This document shows, one piece after another, positions 14,489 to 29,100 of a stretch of DNA of 64,000 nucleotides. How positions within the stretch are numbered: the stretch's first letter is position 1; each line of letters opens with the position of its first letter. The notes under the pieces were generated by a model, which was not told the origin of the DNA, did not search any database, and worked only from the letters and a program-made list of their open reading frames with translations. The stretch comes from Eledone cirrhosa (taxonomy: Eukaryota): the NCBI GenBank assembly GCA_964016885.1, contig OZ024746.1:77004001-77068000 (forward strand), given 5' to 3'. Both the position numbers and the translations under genes were made by a program.

Positions 14489-14674
14489 GGCGGTGGATTG
14501 GCAGTATCGGTAGAGGGTCGGACGCCATGCTTTGACGCATAGAGTTACGGCCCTTGCCATTCTGAGTTCAAATCCCGCCGAGGCTAACTTTGCCTTTCAT
14601 CCTTACGGGGTCGATAAAATAAAGTACCAGTAATTAACTGGGTAATTGCTGGCCTTGTGCCTAAAGTAGAAACA
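14489..14674 (+). mobile_element. SINE family A, full length with 17-bp TSD
   Basis: TSD ATTATTATCTAGCGTCT at 14472-14488 and 14675-14691. Confidence 0.92.
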
Positions 14675-15568
14675 ATTATTATCTAGCGTCTATTTTTCCT
14701 GCTAGCAAGGGTCGGACGAATCATTACAGATCAAGTCAGTATATAATCGGAGTCATTGATCTCCCAGATGGGTCGGGAGTCGCATCTGGATTACATGCGT
14801 TCCCGCACGTTACACAGTGTACCGCAGACCTTATCGTAGCACCAGCACTAAGGAAGTCGTCACAACTGAAGAGTCCTCTCGACCCTTTGTTTGACAAGTT
14901 TTCTACAGATGGATGCCCTTCCGAGCACTAACCATTTCATACAGTGCACTGGGTGCGTTTTATCCTGTCACCAACACCAGAGGGGTTGTTGTACCTTTGA
15001 CACAACTGAAAAATTCTCTTAACCCTTTTTGATGTGGTTTCTACATCTAGATGTCAGTCTTATCATCAACCACCTCACAGGATGTATTGGGTGCCATTTT
15101 CGTGGCACAAGCACTAAGGGGTTTGTCGGCCATTGACTTGGCAGAAGAGCATACTCGTTCTATCTCCCTCCTGTCCTCCCAGGTTCACTGCAGTCTAGAT
15201 CTGTGTTCAAATGGCATTACATAGACTACTCCTCACTCTGAGAGAGAAGCCCCACCCACACGTCAGCAGAATGACAGCTCCATTAACTTCTTTCAACCCG
15301 TACTCACTTCGGCTACTAAGTATATATTTATTTCAACAATTAGTGTTGGTTGATCCAAGCAATTGATCACTTTTGGTGTAATCAGACGCAAGCACTCTAC
15401 GTCATGGATACAATAAGGTATAACGTATATGATATCAGACGAAGCATATATATATATATATTATTAGAAATGTAAGCTATCACCGTATTTTGACTAAAGA
15501 AATTAAAGAAATTATTTAGCCTGATAGTGGGGTTAAGAACCCTCGGAGAAATGGAAAAAGATGAGTAT

Positions 15569-15640
15569 TGACGTACATGGGAGTCGAACCCACATCTTTG
15601 GTTATCCGGACCACTGTGCTACCATTTACACCAACACATC
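15569..15640 (-). tRNA. Mirror copy of the tRNA-like cloverleaf
   Basis: Reverse complement of 15726-15797 in the left arm of the inverted repeat. Confidence 0.55.
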
Positions 15641-15725
15641 ACCCGTCTTTTTCCATTCAAATTAGAAGCTATAAACTTAGCGACTGTAATGTCAAGTAAG
15701 AATATTTTCGAAACAGCGAACGGGT

Positions 15726-15797
15726 GATGTGTTGGTGTAAATGGTAGCACAGTGGTCCGGATAACCAAAGATGTGGGTTCGACTCCCATGTACGTCA
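15726..15797 (+). tRNA. tRNA-like cloverleaf (anticodon position GGA, non-canonical loop; probable pseudo-tRNA/Pol III promoter module)
   Basis: Acceptor GATGTGT/GTACGTC, D arm GTGT/GCAC with A-box TGGTGTAAATGG, anticodon arm TGGT-CCGGATA-ACCA, T arm GTGGG-TTCGACT-CCCAT, and T5 downstream at 15807-15811. C33 and T37 are non-canonical. Confidence 0.55.
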
Positions 15798-16142
15798 ATA
15801 CTCATCTTTTTCCATTTCTTCGAGGGTTCTTAACCCCACTATCAGGCTAAATAATTTCTTTAATTTCTTTAGTCAAAATACGGTGATAGCTTACATTTCT
15901 AGTAATGGTGGTGATAGTGATGGTCTGTTGTTCGAACAACTGGAACACTCGTTGCCGGAACCGACGGAGGTCCTATATTTTATCTCCGACTACCTTATTT
16001 AATATGTAATTCCGTTCTTAATATGGCAGAATGTGATTTGAGATTTCTGAGACAAGTGAACAACTGGAACACACGTCATTTGAACTGACGGAGGAGGTTC
16101 AACTACAGCTTGTGAAGGACTGGAGGTAGCATGTGCATGCTG

Positions 16143-16226
<84 letters not shown>

Positions 16227-16459
16227 ATGCGTGTTAGTTTGTGTGACTTATAATCCTTATTATTGTCTTGTCCATGCGATATTTATTGACAATCAAAGCT
16301 TAATTTGGATAATCAATGTGGTGTTGTGTGTGTGTTTATGTGTTGTGTGTGTATGTGTATATGTTGTGTGTAAGTGTGTATGTGTATGTTTAATTTGGAG
16401 AGTAAAAATGAAAGATAATCAATGACAACAAAAGAAATTGCCATCAAACGACGACGAAC

Positions 16460-17605
16460 ACCATCACCACCACAACTACCACCTCCACCACTACCGTTAC
16501 TACCACCACTACCACAATCACTGACAACACTACCTCCACTACCATCACTACCACCATCACCACAACCACCTCCACCACTACCATCACTACCACCATCACC
16601 ATCACCACCCCCACCACTACCACAACCACCACCACCAACACCACAATCACTAACAACAATACCACCACCACAACCACCATCACCAGAACCATGAAGATCA
16701 CTACCACCTCCACCACTACCATCACTACCACCATCACCATCACCACCCCCCACCACTACCACAACCGCCACCACAACCACAATCACTAACAACAATACCA
16801 CCACCACAACCACCATCACCACAACCATGAAGATCACTACCACCTCCACCACTACCATCACTACCACCATCACCATCACCACCCCCCACCACTACCACAA
16901 CCGCCACCACAACCACCATCACCACAACCATGAAGATCACTACCACCTCCACCACTACCATCACTACCCCCCCCCCCCCCCACCACCACCACTACCACAA
17001 CCGCCACCACAATCACTAACAACACTACCACCACCACAACCACCATCACCACAACCATGAAGATCACTACCACCTCCACCACTACCATCACTACCACCAT
17101 CACCATCACCACCCCCCACCACTACCACAACCGCCACCACAACCACAATCACTAACAACACTACCACCACCACAACCACCATCACCACAACCATGAAGAT
17201 CACTACCACCTCCACCACTACCATCACTACCCCCCCCCACCACTACCACAACCGCCACCACAATCACTAACAACACTACCACTACCACAACCACCATCAC
17301 CACAACCATGAAGATCACTACCACCTCCACCACTACCATCACTACCACCATCACCATCACCACCCCCCACCACTGCCACAACCGCCACCACAACCACAAT
17401 CACTAACAACACTACCACCACCACAACCACCATCACCACAACCATGAAGATCACTACCACCTCCACCACTACCATCACTACCCCCCCCCCCACCACTACC
17501 ACAACCGCCACCACAATCACTAACAACACTACCACCACCACAACCACCATCACCACAACCATGAAGGTCACTACCACCTCCACCACTACCATCACTACCA
17601 CCATC
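16460..17605 (+). repeat. (CCA)n-derived higher-order minisatellite
   Basis: Units of ~100-135 bp, marked by a recurring CCATGAAGATCACTACCACCTCC about 8 times. Confidence 0.92.
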
Positions 17606-18010
17606 CCCAGCACTACGACAGCCACTCCACCCGCAGGATCTTATCCCCCCCCACTACCACCACCTCCCGTTCTACTCCCTTAATCTACATTAGCAGACAA
17701 TTCAATTAAACGAAAACCTATAGGAACAGAGAAGAAACAAAGAGCAGATCAAACTTCAATGTATGCAATACAAGCCACCACCAATACTCTCACCACAACC
17801 ATTGCAAGCACCATATGTACGTGTTGGACTTCCGTCGGTTCTGACGACGAGCGTTCCAGTGGTTCTAACACCGGCACAACCTGCTCACGAAAATGTCGTG
17901 CAAGTAGCCGAGCATTGCACAAACACGAGCACCTTCAACGGTGTTCCGAGGAAGATTCAACGTGACACAGGGTACGATGAAGCTAACCCTTAAAGTGTCT
18001 TGCTCTAGGG

Positions 18011-18112
<102 letters not shown>

Positions 18113-18250
18113 CATACATACATACATATATACAAACACACATATACATACATATATATACACAGACACACACACATATATATATGCATATATACACACA
18201 CATATACATACATATATATATATATACACATATATATATACACACATATA

Positions 18251-18286
<36 letters not shown>

Positions 18287-18287
18287 G

Positions 18288-18427
<140 letters not shown>

Positions 18428-18546
18428 CATGAGAAGAAAGAAGAATACTGCGTGGTTGCACATAGGTTACATATGATAAAAAAGTCCTTCGTCAGTGATT
18501 TTCCAACCATCATTGGTATTTCATCGCATTAAAAATCAAATACCTC

Positions 18547-18590
<44 letters not shown>

Positions 18591-18701
18591 AGTGTAACAT
18601 GAAGTTACTGTAGGTTCACCCAGGCGAGCACTCGATATTTAGGTTCACGTCAGTGGCGAGGTGTAGAGCTAAATAATACAAGGACGATTTGTTAAGCCTT
18701 A

Positions 18702-19615
18702 TCTATATATATAAAACTGTGGTTGTCTGTCTGTCTATCGATTTTTGGCACACATCTCCTCTTAGAATCTCTCACGGAATTGCACCGAAATTGCTATACT
18801 TGTACATTGAGCCCTAGCGAAGACATCGGAAAAAAAAAATTTCAAATTGACCCACCCTATGTGACGAAATCGAATATAATGTATCGATTTTTGAGCGTAA
18901 GTTATCAGTTATTTCCCTTTGTTCTGTTTACATTGAGCGTCTTACGTAAAAAATTACGCTGGCTTTAACAGTTGTCGAGCCAGCAAAATATTGACCTGCA
19001 AAATTCATCAGTTCGAACACTAAGCTTCCGTTTTGCTTCATTTCCATTTAAAAGCATTTTAAAACAATATTTTTACTTGAAAACAAGTCTATTTAAAGAC
19101 TACGTAAAACAAGCAAATATTTCGTCGTTAGGCGTGCAGACAGACAGTCGTGCAGACAGACAGTCGTGCAGAGAGGTGATATACGCGTGCAGACAGATAG
19201 TCGTGCAGAGAGGTGATATAGGCGTGCAGACAGACAGTCGTGCAGAGAGGTGATATAGGCGTGCAGACAGACAGTCGTGCAGAGAGGTGATATAGGCGTG
19301 CAGACAGACATAACTGATAATTTGGTTACGCTAATGTTTTTCTCTGCGTTGCAGTGTTTACATTTTCGATCTTTGTTAATAAATAACCAGTGCAGTTTCT
19401 ATCCCCAGCATCCTCTTTTGTTATAACATTCGGGTTATCGTTATGTTTTCTTAACTTCATAAGGCATATTGTTGGTTGAGGGAATATTAATCAAAAACAC
19501 CACATGCAAGTCTGCACAGTAGACACTACAGTTTTTAAGCCAAGAAAGAAACTTAACATTGTAACTTTAACACAGCTACTGAGCGACCCCGAGCAACGCC
19601 GGGCTTTACTGCTAG
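18702..19615 (+). mobile_element. Complete non-autonomous Helitron (914 bp)
   Basis: Starts A|TCTATATATATAAAACTGTGGTTGTCTGTCTGTC and ends with hairpin CCCGAGCAACGCCGGG (19588-19603) plus CTAG|T (19612-19615). It sits in an AT target with no TSD and contains an internal ~37-bp tandem array. Confidence 0.88.
19130..19310 (+). repeat. ~37-bp tandem repeat inside the non-autonomous Helitron
   Basis: Unit AGGCGTGCAGACAGACAGTCGTGCAGAGAGGTGATAT repeated about 4-5 times. Confidence 0.9.
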
Positions 19616-19699
19616 TATATAATAAAACACTAACAGTGTGTTTTATTATATATTTCTGGCAATATTATAACAACATAACCCTCCCCAAATATAACAATA

Positions 19700-19764
<65 letters not shown>

Positions 19765-20039
19765 TATATATATATATATATATATATATACGTATACACT
19801 TTAATCAATTCATATAAAATATATATCGATTATGTTTCTCAATAAAAAAAAAAAAAAAGTCCATGAACATTAATTCAGAGCTTCTAATATACAAGTTTAA
19901 ACGATATATAACAGGATGTATATAAAATATATATCGATTACGTTTTACATAGAAAATATATCGATTAAGTTTATCCTGCGATATATGGCTTAAACTTGTT
20001 ATATATATATATAATACAAGGACGAATGGTTACTCCTTC

Positions 20040-20510
20040 ATTACGTTTATTGGTTGGTGACGCGCGTTTCGCTACTGATCAGCTCAAGGTTCGATCTGTA
20101 TCGACTTAGCCCGACTCTGGAATCAAAAGCTCGCCGGTTTTTTTATTTGACGTTGTTCCAGTCCACTCAGCTGTAGAAATGAGTTGTGACGTCAACCTGT
20201 ATCGGCCGTTGCCTTTCCATTTGACAACATTGGTAGTGTTGAGAAGGGAGACTGCTATGCATGGGCGACTGCTGGTCTTCCACAAACCACCTCGCCCAGA
20301 CTTGTGCCTCGGAGACGAAATTTCTAGCTGCAAATCCCATGGTCATTAGTCACATTTGTGTCTCGCTGTTTCGACTTGGGAACTACGTCAAGGGTTCACG
20401 TGTCTGCGGAATACTCAACCATTTACTACTTAAACGTTAATTCACGAGTTGGATACTCAGTTGATCGAACAATTGAATGCTCGTCGTCGAAACCGACGGA
20501 GGATCCATCG
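20040..20510 (+). mobile_element. Older tRNA-derived SINE(s) of a second family (fragments in both orientations)
   Basis: B-box-like GGTTCGATC and the motif TTGTTCCAGTCCACTCAGCTGTAGAAATGAGTTGTGACGTCA. Related fragments lie at ~6700-6960, 13190-13490, 30780-31075, 55095-55230 and 60385-60487. Confidence 0.55.
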
Positions 20511-21017
20511 CATTTACAAATAGATGAATTGAGCCAGTGATATATTGCGTGTGTTTTTTTTTTTTTATTATTTCCCCTTTGTTTTGCTTTTTTTTAGTTG
20601 TAATTTCTTTCTTCTCTTTTTGTCACGGACACTGAGCAGCGCAGGTGACAACTTACAATCAGTGGTGCAACACTCGAAGAAAGGGAGAGAAAAAGAGGGG
20701 GAAAAAAGAAGACGAGGAAGAAGTATAAGTAAATATAGCAGAATTTGAAAATATAGTCGCCACATTGCAGATAACTATAATAATAGTTGATAACTGTAGA
20801 TAATAGCTGAATAAATCGGGTCAGGTAACACCAGGGACGGGAAATAGTGGACAGAAAGTGTCCACTGTTTCTCCGTCTCCACGGGTAGTTTAGTTTACTC
20901 GGTATATTCAGCTATTATGTATATTTATAGTTATTTGCATTGTTGCGACTATATTTTCAAATTTCCTGAGGCTTTGTAAGTCAACTAAACATCATAATAC
21001 TATTGTGGCGTTGGAGA

Positions 21018-21240
21018 GGATGGTGGATTGGCAGAATTGGTAGAACGCCCTATAAAATACCTTTGCGCGGTATTTTCTCCGTCTCTTTACGTTCTGAGTT
21101 CAAATCCCGCCGAGTTCAACCTTGCTTTTCATCTTTCCGGGATCGATAAAAAAACGTACCAATCAAGTACTGGATCCGTATAATCATCTGTTCAGCCACC
21201 CCAAACAAATTCTGGTCTAATGCTTATGTAATAAATCATT
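21018..21240 (+). mobile_element. SINE family A, diverged
   Basis: GGTGGATTGGCAGAATTGGTAGA...GAGTTCAAATCCCGCCGAG...GGGATCGATAAAA. Confidence 0.75.
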
Positions 21241-21690
21241 AATATACATCTAATAATAACTGTACATATATGCTCAACACACATGCAAACATACTCGGCA
21301 CACGCACGGTTGTATACGCATACCCATACACACACACACATACACATACATACATACACATACATACAATACAGCTCCAATGAAAAATAATCTACGTGGT
21401 TGCTTAACCTGCCAGAAATAGAAGTCCAATCTATTTCAATCACAATGCTATCTTTAAAATTAAAATATATAAAACCTACAGCACATATCGGATAGTGTAA
21501 TTGAAGATATAGTCTATCAAACAGACGGGATGGTCACGATTAGAGCGCTTTTATTCAAAGATCTGCTAAACAACGAGGAATTGAATTTATATAGATATAA
21601 AAGTGTTTGGGAGAAAAGAGTTATAGATTAAGATGCGAAGGAGAGAAGGGATGTTAGAAAGAGTGAGATAAAAATGCAGGGAGAGAGAGA

Positions 21691-21727
<37 letters not shown>

Positions 21728-21948
21728 GAATATGAAACAAGCACAACCAGTTAATAACAACGTGAATAAATAAATAAATAAATAAAAAGAAAGGATCTCA
21801 GTCGGTTCTGGTGATGAGTGTTCCAGTTGTTCGATCAACAGAAGAGTCTGCTCATGAAATTAATGCATTCTACAGACACGTGTACCCGCGTAACATAACT
21901 CTCAGGGAGATCCATTTTTGCGCGTATAAGCAACACAGAATTAAATGA

Positions 21949-22024
<76 letters not shown>

Positions 22025-22150
22025 ATATATTATTATATAGTTTCCATTTATTAATATATTGTGTATTTACTCCACTAAATTGTTGAGTGCTTTATATCAG
22101 TTATAAAAATGTTTAAGCTTGTTGAATCCCAACAAATTAAATATAACCTC

Positions 22151-22241
<91 letters not shown>

Positions 22242-22602
22242 TTCCTCTGATAATTTGTAATATTTTTACATAGATCTATATGATATACATACCAACAACA
22301 CACATATACATCCGAGAAACGATCGTAAAATGATGAATTTTTTAATATAAAGAACTTGTTCTTTGTGTTTATTTCATTGTTATTATTAATTTATATATAT
22401 ATATATATATATATAGTTCTTTCGTTACTTTGGTATTGTGTGGTTGGGTTTTGCCTACCGCAATGTTCAATTTGTCAAGCTATTTAAACGTATGTTATTA
22501 CTCTAAGGACCTACCCTTATTGAGTGCTTTGCTAACTCATTCCTATTGTAGGTCGACTTTGCTTGCCCACAACCAAAGCTTCGATTTTACTAAGCTTCCA
22601 CT

Positions 22603-22665
<63 letters not shown>

Positions 22666-23102
22666 GGAAAAAATGAAACGATATTTCATTTCCCACTCTT
22701 AGTACGGCTGTTACTTAAATATAAGTATGTACACGTACATACATATATGTATACCGACGTACAGTAGTATGTATATATATATATACATACATGCACACAT
22801 ATATATATGCACGTATGGATTCACCGAACATTTATTATAATGCTCGATGTGTTTGTAAACAAACATCCCGTATTAAGCCGTAGTGTCTAGCAACCACCGT
22901 TGCTCGTTTGTTCAACACTGACAAAAATAGAAATAGTCATTGAGAAGGTATCAGAATGTGTGACGAATGGGCTTCAACAATTAAATAACTATCCGGTTAC
23001 TAAACCAACCGATAAATGGATTAGTTACCAGATTAATTAATATAAAGTCGAAGTGAAACTCAGAGGTACATGTGTCTTTGTTCGCAACATGACTCTCCCA
23101 AA

Positions 23103-23137
<35 letters not shown>

Positions 23138-23138
<1 letters not shown>

Positions 23139-26100
23139 TAGCATAGGCACCCGGCGTTGTCCGGGAATGAAATTGTTCCTTACATATTAGAAGAAAAGAG
23201 CAAAATATGTTGTATAGAAATGTGTTATTCTAAATTCAATTTATTCTTCAATTGGGACACACGATGAAATCAATTCTGAGTTCATAAAAAAAAAATTGTT
23301 GTGAGCAAAATAAATTTCCAATTTCATGGAGGAGGAGAGGGCGGCTAAGAAAGGGTCATGTGTGTGTTCACCTTTAACCAAAGGAAGCAAATGTTGTTAG
23401 GAAAAATAAGTAAAGGTAAACAGGGCTTGTTAAGAAGAGCGATAACGTACCTGTCTGTCCACTGTAGCGCTTATAACACTGTTTTAGCGGATGCTGGTCG
23501 ATTTGAATTTACCATTGCGGTAGCCGTCAAACAATTTCAAGTAGGGCCCCTTAAATAGGGTTGTGTGACAGCCCCAAAAATGAGGGGTCACCATCAACAA
23601 TTTCGGCCCTAAAAAGGGCCGTTTGATCGTTCACTTGCAGCCCTTGAAAGGACTTTGACTGCGTTCTCCAACGGCCGCAAAAAAGTCTTCAGTTGCGTTC
23701 ATTGGCAGCCATTAGAATGACTCTGTATGCGTTCACGATTTGTTCGGCTGCCTTAAATTGCAGCGCCGATTGTCAAGCTGGGTTCCTCTCTGAAGGCGAT
23801 CACCTTAAACCGAGGGAAACATACGTTTTAGTTAAGAGACTGTTTAAAAGCTCATCAGGCTGGCTAAAGAAATGGTGATTACGGACCTATCTCCTTGTTG
23901 TTGCATTTACAACACCTTGTTGTAAACGATGTTTCTTGTTTTTCCTCGGCGTGCAAATGCGAAAATACTTTCCCTGCTGCCCACTCTAGAGCACCCAACG
24001 TACAATTGTCCGTGGGAGAAACACAGTTCTTCCAGAAGAAGTCCGGCCACAGAAAGAGTCTGGCCCTGGGACTTGTTGATGGACTTAGCAAAACTGACCC
24101 GAAGCGGAAATTGGAGTCTTCGGAAGGTGAACGGAATTTCTGCTCCCGAGGGAATGAGAGGAATTCTCGGAATGAAGACATTATCACCCTTTCCGTATCC
24201 AGAAAGGATTGTTGCCTCGATTACATGTGCCATCAATCTTTTTACATCCAGCCGTGTCTCGTTGCACAGTCTTGGTGGTTCCAAATTCCGCAGCAGCATT
24301 ACAGGGGTGCCAACTTTAAGGAGAAGCATGTGAAGCGGTAGTCCGGGGGGGGGGGGGGGGGGCTCCAAAGAATTGAGGAACTCCGGCGGAAAGTTCACCA
24401 CTTCATTGGGATCTGGCAGCGTGTCAACAGATTTGTAAGTGTGAAGAACACCAGGAAGGGAGTGCAGTAGTTAGTCGTTGATTTTGTTAACAGCGACGTT
24501 TTTTGGAGCTAGCACTGTTCTTTCACACAACCATGCGTGGTTCTGGTAATTGTCTCTCAAATCTGGAAACACTTTGTCTTTCAGCTCCCCCGCAGAATTA
24601 ACTGAGGTCGAAAATGGCCACACTTCCAGCTCTGCTGCAACGTCCAGAGGTATTTTGCCGTCGCCAAGTTTCAAAATGTCCTGTGCAAATTCCGCGGACG
24701 TTTGGTCGTCGTGTAATTGAGCTCTCATGTTGGTTGTAAAAATCAGTGTCCTGACATGGCGTCACAGAGGAGAGGACTTTAGGCATGCTTGGACCTCATC
24801 TGCTCTTGTGCCTTTAGGAATGACGGGAAGAGACTGCCTGAAGTCACCCGAAAGCAGAAGCGTAACACCTCCCATGGGAGCCTGGCAGCCTCTGATGTCC
24901 TTTAGAGCTCTGTTTAATGCGTCCAGAGATCCCTTATGGGCCATGGTGCACTCATCCCACACAATGAGCTGACATCGTTTTAAGACTTAGCCCTGGTCGG
25001 AGGTCTTGCTGATGCTGCAAGTAGGCGTTTCTGACGTTGTTAAATTGAGAGGTAATTTAAAACTCGAGTGTGCGGTCCTGCCACCGGGCAACAAAGGGGC
25101 AGCAATTCCAGAAGAGGCAACAGCAACCGCAATGTCCTTGTGCATCCTGATTGTTGCAAGGAGGAGTCTCGTTAAAAATGTTTTGCTCCCTGCAGGAGCA
25201 TCCAGAAAGAACATACCTCCTTTTCTGTGGTGCACATGGTCGGCAACAATGGTGTAAGCACGACGTTGTGGTTCAGTTTCAAGGACGTACTTGGTAAGAG
25301 CATCGACGTCGTAGGACGTTTCTCGGTGAAGAGCTGTAGGAAGTACGTTTGACCCTGTACAGATTGTTTGGGGCAGACCATATGAGGGCAAATAATTTCC
25401 GCCGAGTGATGCAACTCTATCCTCTATGTCAATCAACGCTAGATTGAAGACCTCGTTGCTGGTACGTTCTATCTCAGGGTATTGCACTTGCGCCTGACGT
25501 TTGTAGTCCTCGGATAAGTCATCTTTATACTTGATCCACAAAGAGATAGGATTACTCAGTTCGCAAGTTTGCAGCAGTACTGCAAATAGAGCTCGTAGGC
25601 GCATAAACGATTAAGATGCAACAGCTTCGAATAAAGTGGCATCCCACTGCGGACCGTCTTCTAGCGTGCCGTGCTTGAAGCAAGCTTCCCTGTAAGTGCT
25701 GCACGTGGAACCGTCGGCAGTTCTAAGGTCATGAAAGGACTGGGGTCCTCTTACCTCATGTAGCAGAAGACGGAGGTAGAAGCACTCATGCTGGTTCGGG
25801 TGCACTGTGTAAACTCTCCCTAGGCAACTGTCAAACTTTATGCCAGGATGTCCATCAACAGGCTGACCTGCCTTTCTGCGAACCCATTGTTGTTTATTCC
25901 ATGTGTAATAGGACGACACCTGGGGATACAGCAGGGTTTGAGCAAATGAATCGGCCTGGCAAAGTTTGAAGAATGCAGTGAGGGTGGTTTCCCGTGGTTC
26001 CTCCACCATTTAAGCAGCATTAACGTCAGTGAAGTAAACCCTTTGACCGTTCTCCAGGTGGACTGCGAGCTGTTCAATTGCAGGGTGCCTTTGGTGTATA

Positions 26101-29100
26101 GGGAAGCCGAAAATACGCCAGAAAGCCTAGTTGCTGCTGATGTAACGGCCAAATTGGTATTGCGTGACCTCATCACGGCTGTTGTCCTGTTGAAGACCGA
26201 ACATAGCAGCGACTGAACCCTTATTCACATATTGACATATGTACTTGATTGACTTGACGGAATTACAGAACTCGACATTGATGTGAGCACCGAAGGTCTT
26301 GGAAATAAATGGGTAGTATGGCACTATCCATCTGTTGTCGACCTCGTGCTGTCCAACTGTTGCTGTAAAACCACCGTCTCCAGGTTGGCATCGCCTGTAC
26401 AGTGGGTATCCGTCAACGCCAGTCTGGGTTTCTTGGAGGAACTTTCGGGGAAATCTTTTGCTGCAGACATTATCGTTCAAGCAGGGTGAGCTTAAATTGA
26501 AACCCCGCCCACATAGACCATGGACCATGTTTGTCTTCACTATGTAATAGAGGTCTTTGTCTATAGACGGATCAGGAAACTCTGCGGAGATGATGCTGTC
26601 AATGTCATTTGAAGATATTTTTGTTGACAGCCAAATGAGGATGTGAGCGTGCGGTAGGCCCTTCTTCTGCCACTCTACGGTGTATATGTTGCACTTTACT
26701 GAGCCAAAGACTTGCTCTCATTTGATGAGCTCCATAAAATTGATAAGCTTCAGCCGAAAGACTCGGGCCAGGAGGTCATGCCTGTCTTTGGTCTGTTGCC
26801 CTTGGAACAGTTCTGCCTCGATCTCCTTCCACTTTGGATTGCAAGTGAATGATGAACAGATCGGGCCTGCCGTAATGCCTGCGTTCTCTCGTGCATGTAG
26901 CGCGGACTTCCGGTGAAGGTGGATGGGAGAATGCAGACTTTTCCTACGCTGCTGGAAGCTGCGTCATTGTTGATGGCATCTCGGAGATGGATGTAGCTTT
27001 CGGACCGCAGTTGCCTTTGGTTTGACCGTATGAAACACAGTCTCTCCGATTCCATTTTTGCGCACATATCAACGGCGAATTGCTGAAGTAGGTCTCTTGA
27101 CTGGTGCAGGTGATTGGAGGAATGGTGGTGAACCATGAAGCGGTAGGAGTAGAAATCCATGCATGAAACTGGTTTTTTGACGGAGTGTTGAGGGTTTACT
27201 GGATTATGCTGGTGAATTCTGTACTGATAGCCCTCCTCACCATTTACAAAGAGAAGTGGATACTGGAGCGCATCGTAAGACCTATGTGTTTCGCTGATTC
27301 GCTGAAGAGTGCTATCTCGACGCTTGAGGACAATGTCTCGTGGATTATGCTGACCCCCATGCATAAGTAGAGCGATTTCATTGCATGCAGGATAATTATA
27401 CCGACCCGGATGCTCCCCAGATGGCATTTTCGAGGCATCAATTACCACATTAAAATTGGCTGTGGTATCTGCTTCCAAGCCATACTTGAGGCTAATGACA
27501 TTGCAGTTTCCTTATAAGATCGACGTTGGTACCAGGTGAAATGGCGTTCCTCATGGCTCGTTGACATTTCCAACAAAGTACAGCTGAAGAAATTGAGGTT
27601 CTTGATTGGCGGCAGGTTGGAGGGATCCGATTCTATGATACACCTGACCTTGCACCTTAAATGTGGGCATAAATCCGCCTTCCTTGACAATATTCGCCCG
27701 GAAAGATGTCATTTGGAAGGCACAGTTATACATCCGGATGTAAGTCAGGAAATGCCGTGACCACGCAGTACTGCCTGAATATAGGAGCTTCAACGGTTGT
27801 GGTGGATCCTCCAGGGGACGTAATTTTAATTTTCCATTTTCGCAACACAAGCCAAGTGTTTCTCCGGGCCACCTTTTTGCATTGCAGAAAGAGAACGTCT
27901 TTGACATACTCCCAATTCGCATGTCTGGATGGCCACTGTGATCAAAGTCAGGGTTGTACTCGAATGCTTTTAAGGACCATCGTGAGCAACACGTATTTGA
28001 AATACCCTGCCCAAAGGCCCTTCGTTGAGCATTACATTGTAGTCGAATGTCTCGTTCTTGCGAAGTCTGTGTAGCTCGAGCAGCATCCGTACTCCGACGT
28101 CTTTTACGCTGGTCTTCCGTCTCGGCAGCTCATGCAACAGAAGTTGATGCGGCATTAGCGGTTCGGCGAATGGTTCGTTGGTTGTCTGTTTCAAGTGCTC
28201 TTCTGGTGGCAGCACGTTTAGCATCTTGCGACCGTCGAATAGCAGATTCCACTGACGATTCGTTTGCCCGCCCTGTTCTTGTTGTTGCTTCTTTCGCAGT
28301 TTTTCGGCTAATGGGGTATCTCTTTCTTCGAGGCATGACCTAAAAGCAGGACGAAGTACACTGAAACTCACTGGTAGAGTAAGGAGTAAACTCGTCAGTG
28401 AATTAAAAACCGATGCATGTGATTTCCGAACGGTTGACTATGTAATTGCTAAGCCATGAGTGCCGTCTTAACCGGGGTATGGATAGGGGTAACAGTAAGA
28501 GCAGCGGTTAGAATGAGTGTAAGTTAGTGAATGTTGTCACTGAAAAAAATGGCGTAAGTGAAACGCCACGCGCACGTACACACACTCACGCACGCAAACT
28601 CATGCACGCACGTGTGCACGTACACACACATACACACACACACACACACACACATGTTAATAGATTTAACTCTGAGTGGAATGCTGCACAAACACGTACA
28701 CATGTTAATTAGTTATAGCTTTCATTCCCCTCTTCCACCGTCATGTATCAAACACATCGTCTGTCGCTCTCTCTCTCTCTCTCTCCCGCTATCCCCCTCT
28801 TTTAGTCTGTCTGTTTCTTTCACTCTCACTCTTTATAACTCACTCACATTTCTCCCCTCTATCGAAAAACGCTGTGACAAATGGGGAGATGGAGGAGGAG
28901 AAGTAGAGAGCCATTTCGTCACTTCGCCTCTCCGTTTCTTTCTCTCCCCTCTCACTCCCTCATTATGTACAGACATTGGCCACTTCACTAATTCGATCCC
29001 TAGGACTAAATAATTTGAAAAATTTTTTGCTCAAAACACTCACAGGGCCATACGTATTACATGTGGAGAGTTTGAAATAAAAACGGTTGGGTACTTCTCG

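Larger units (their letters stand above)
15460..15906. repeat. Inverted repeat, 186-bp arms, 75-bp spacer
   Basis: 15460-15645 is the reverse complement of 15721-15906, with about 2 mismatches by eye. Confidence 0.95.

Noticed and set aside
23895-28343. Plus-strand ORFs within the Helitron
   Set aside because: Antisense shadows of the RepHel coding strand with no recognisable motifs.
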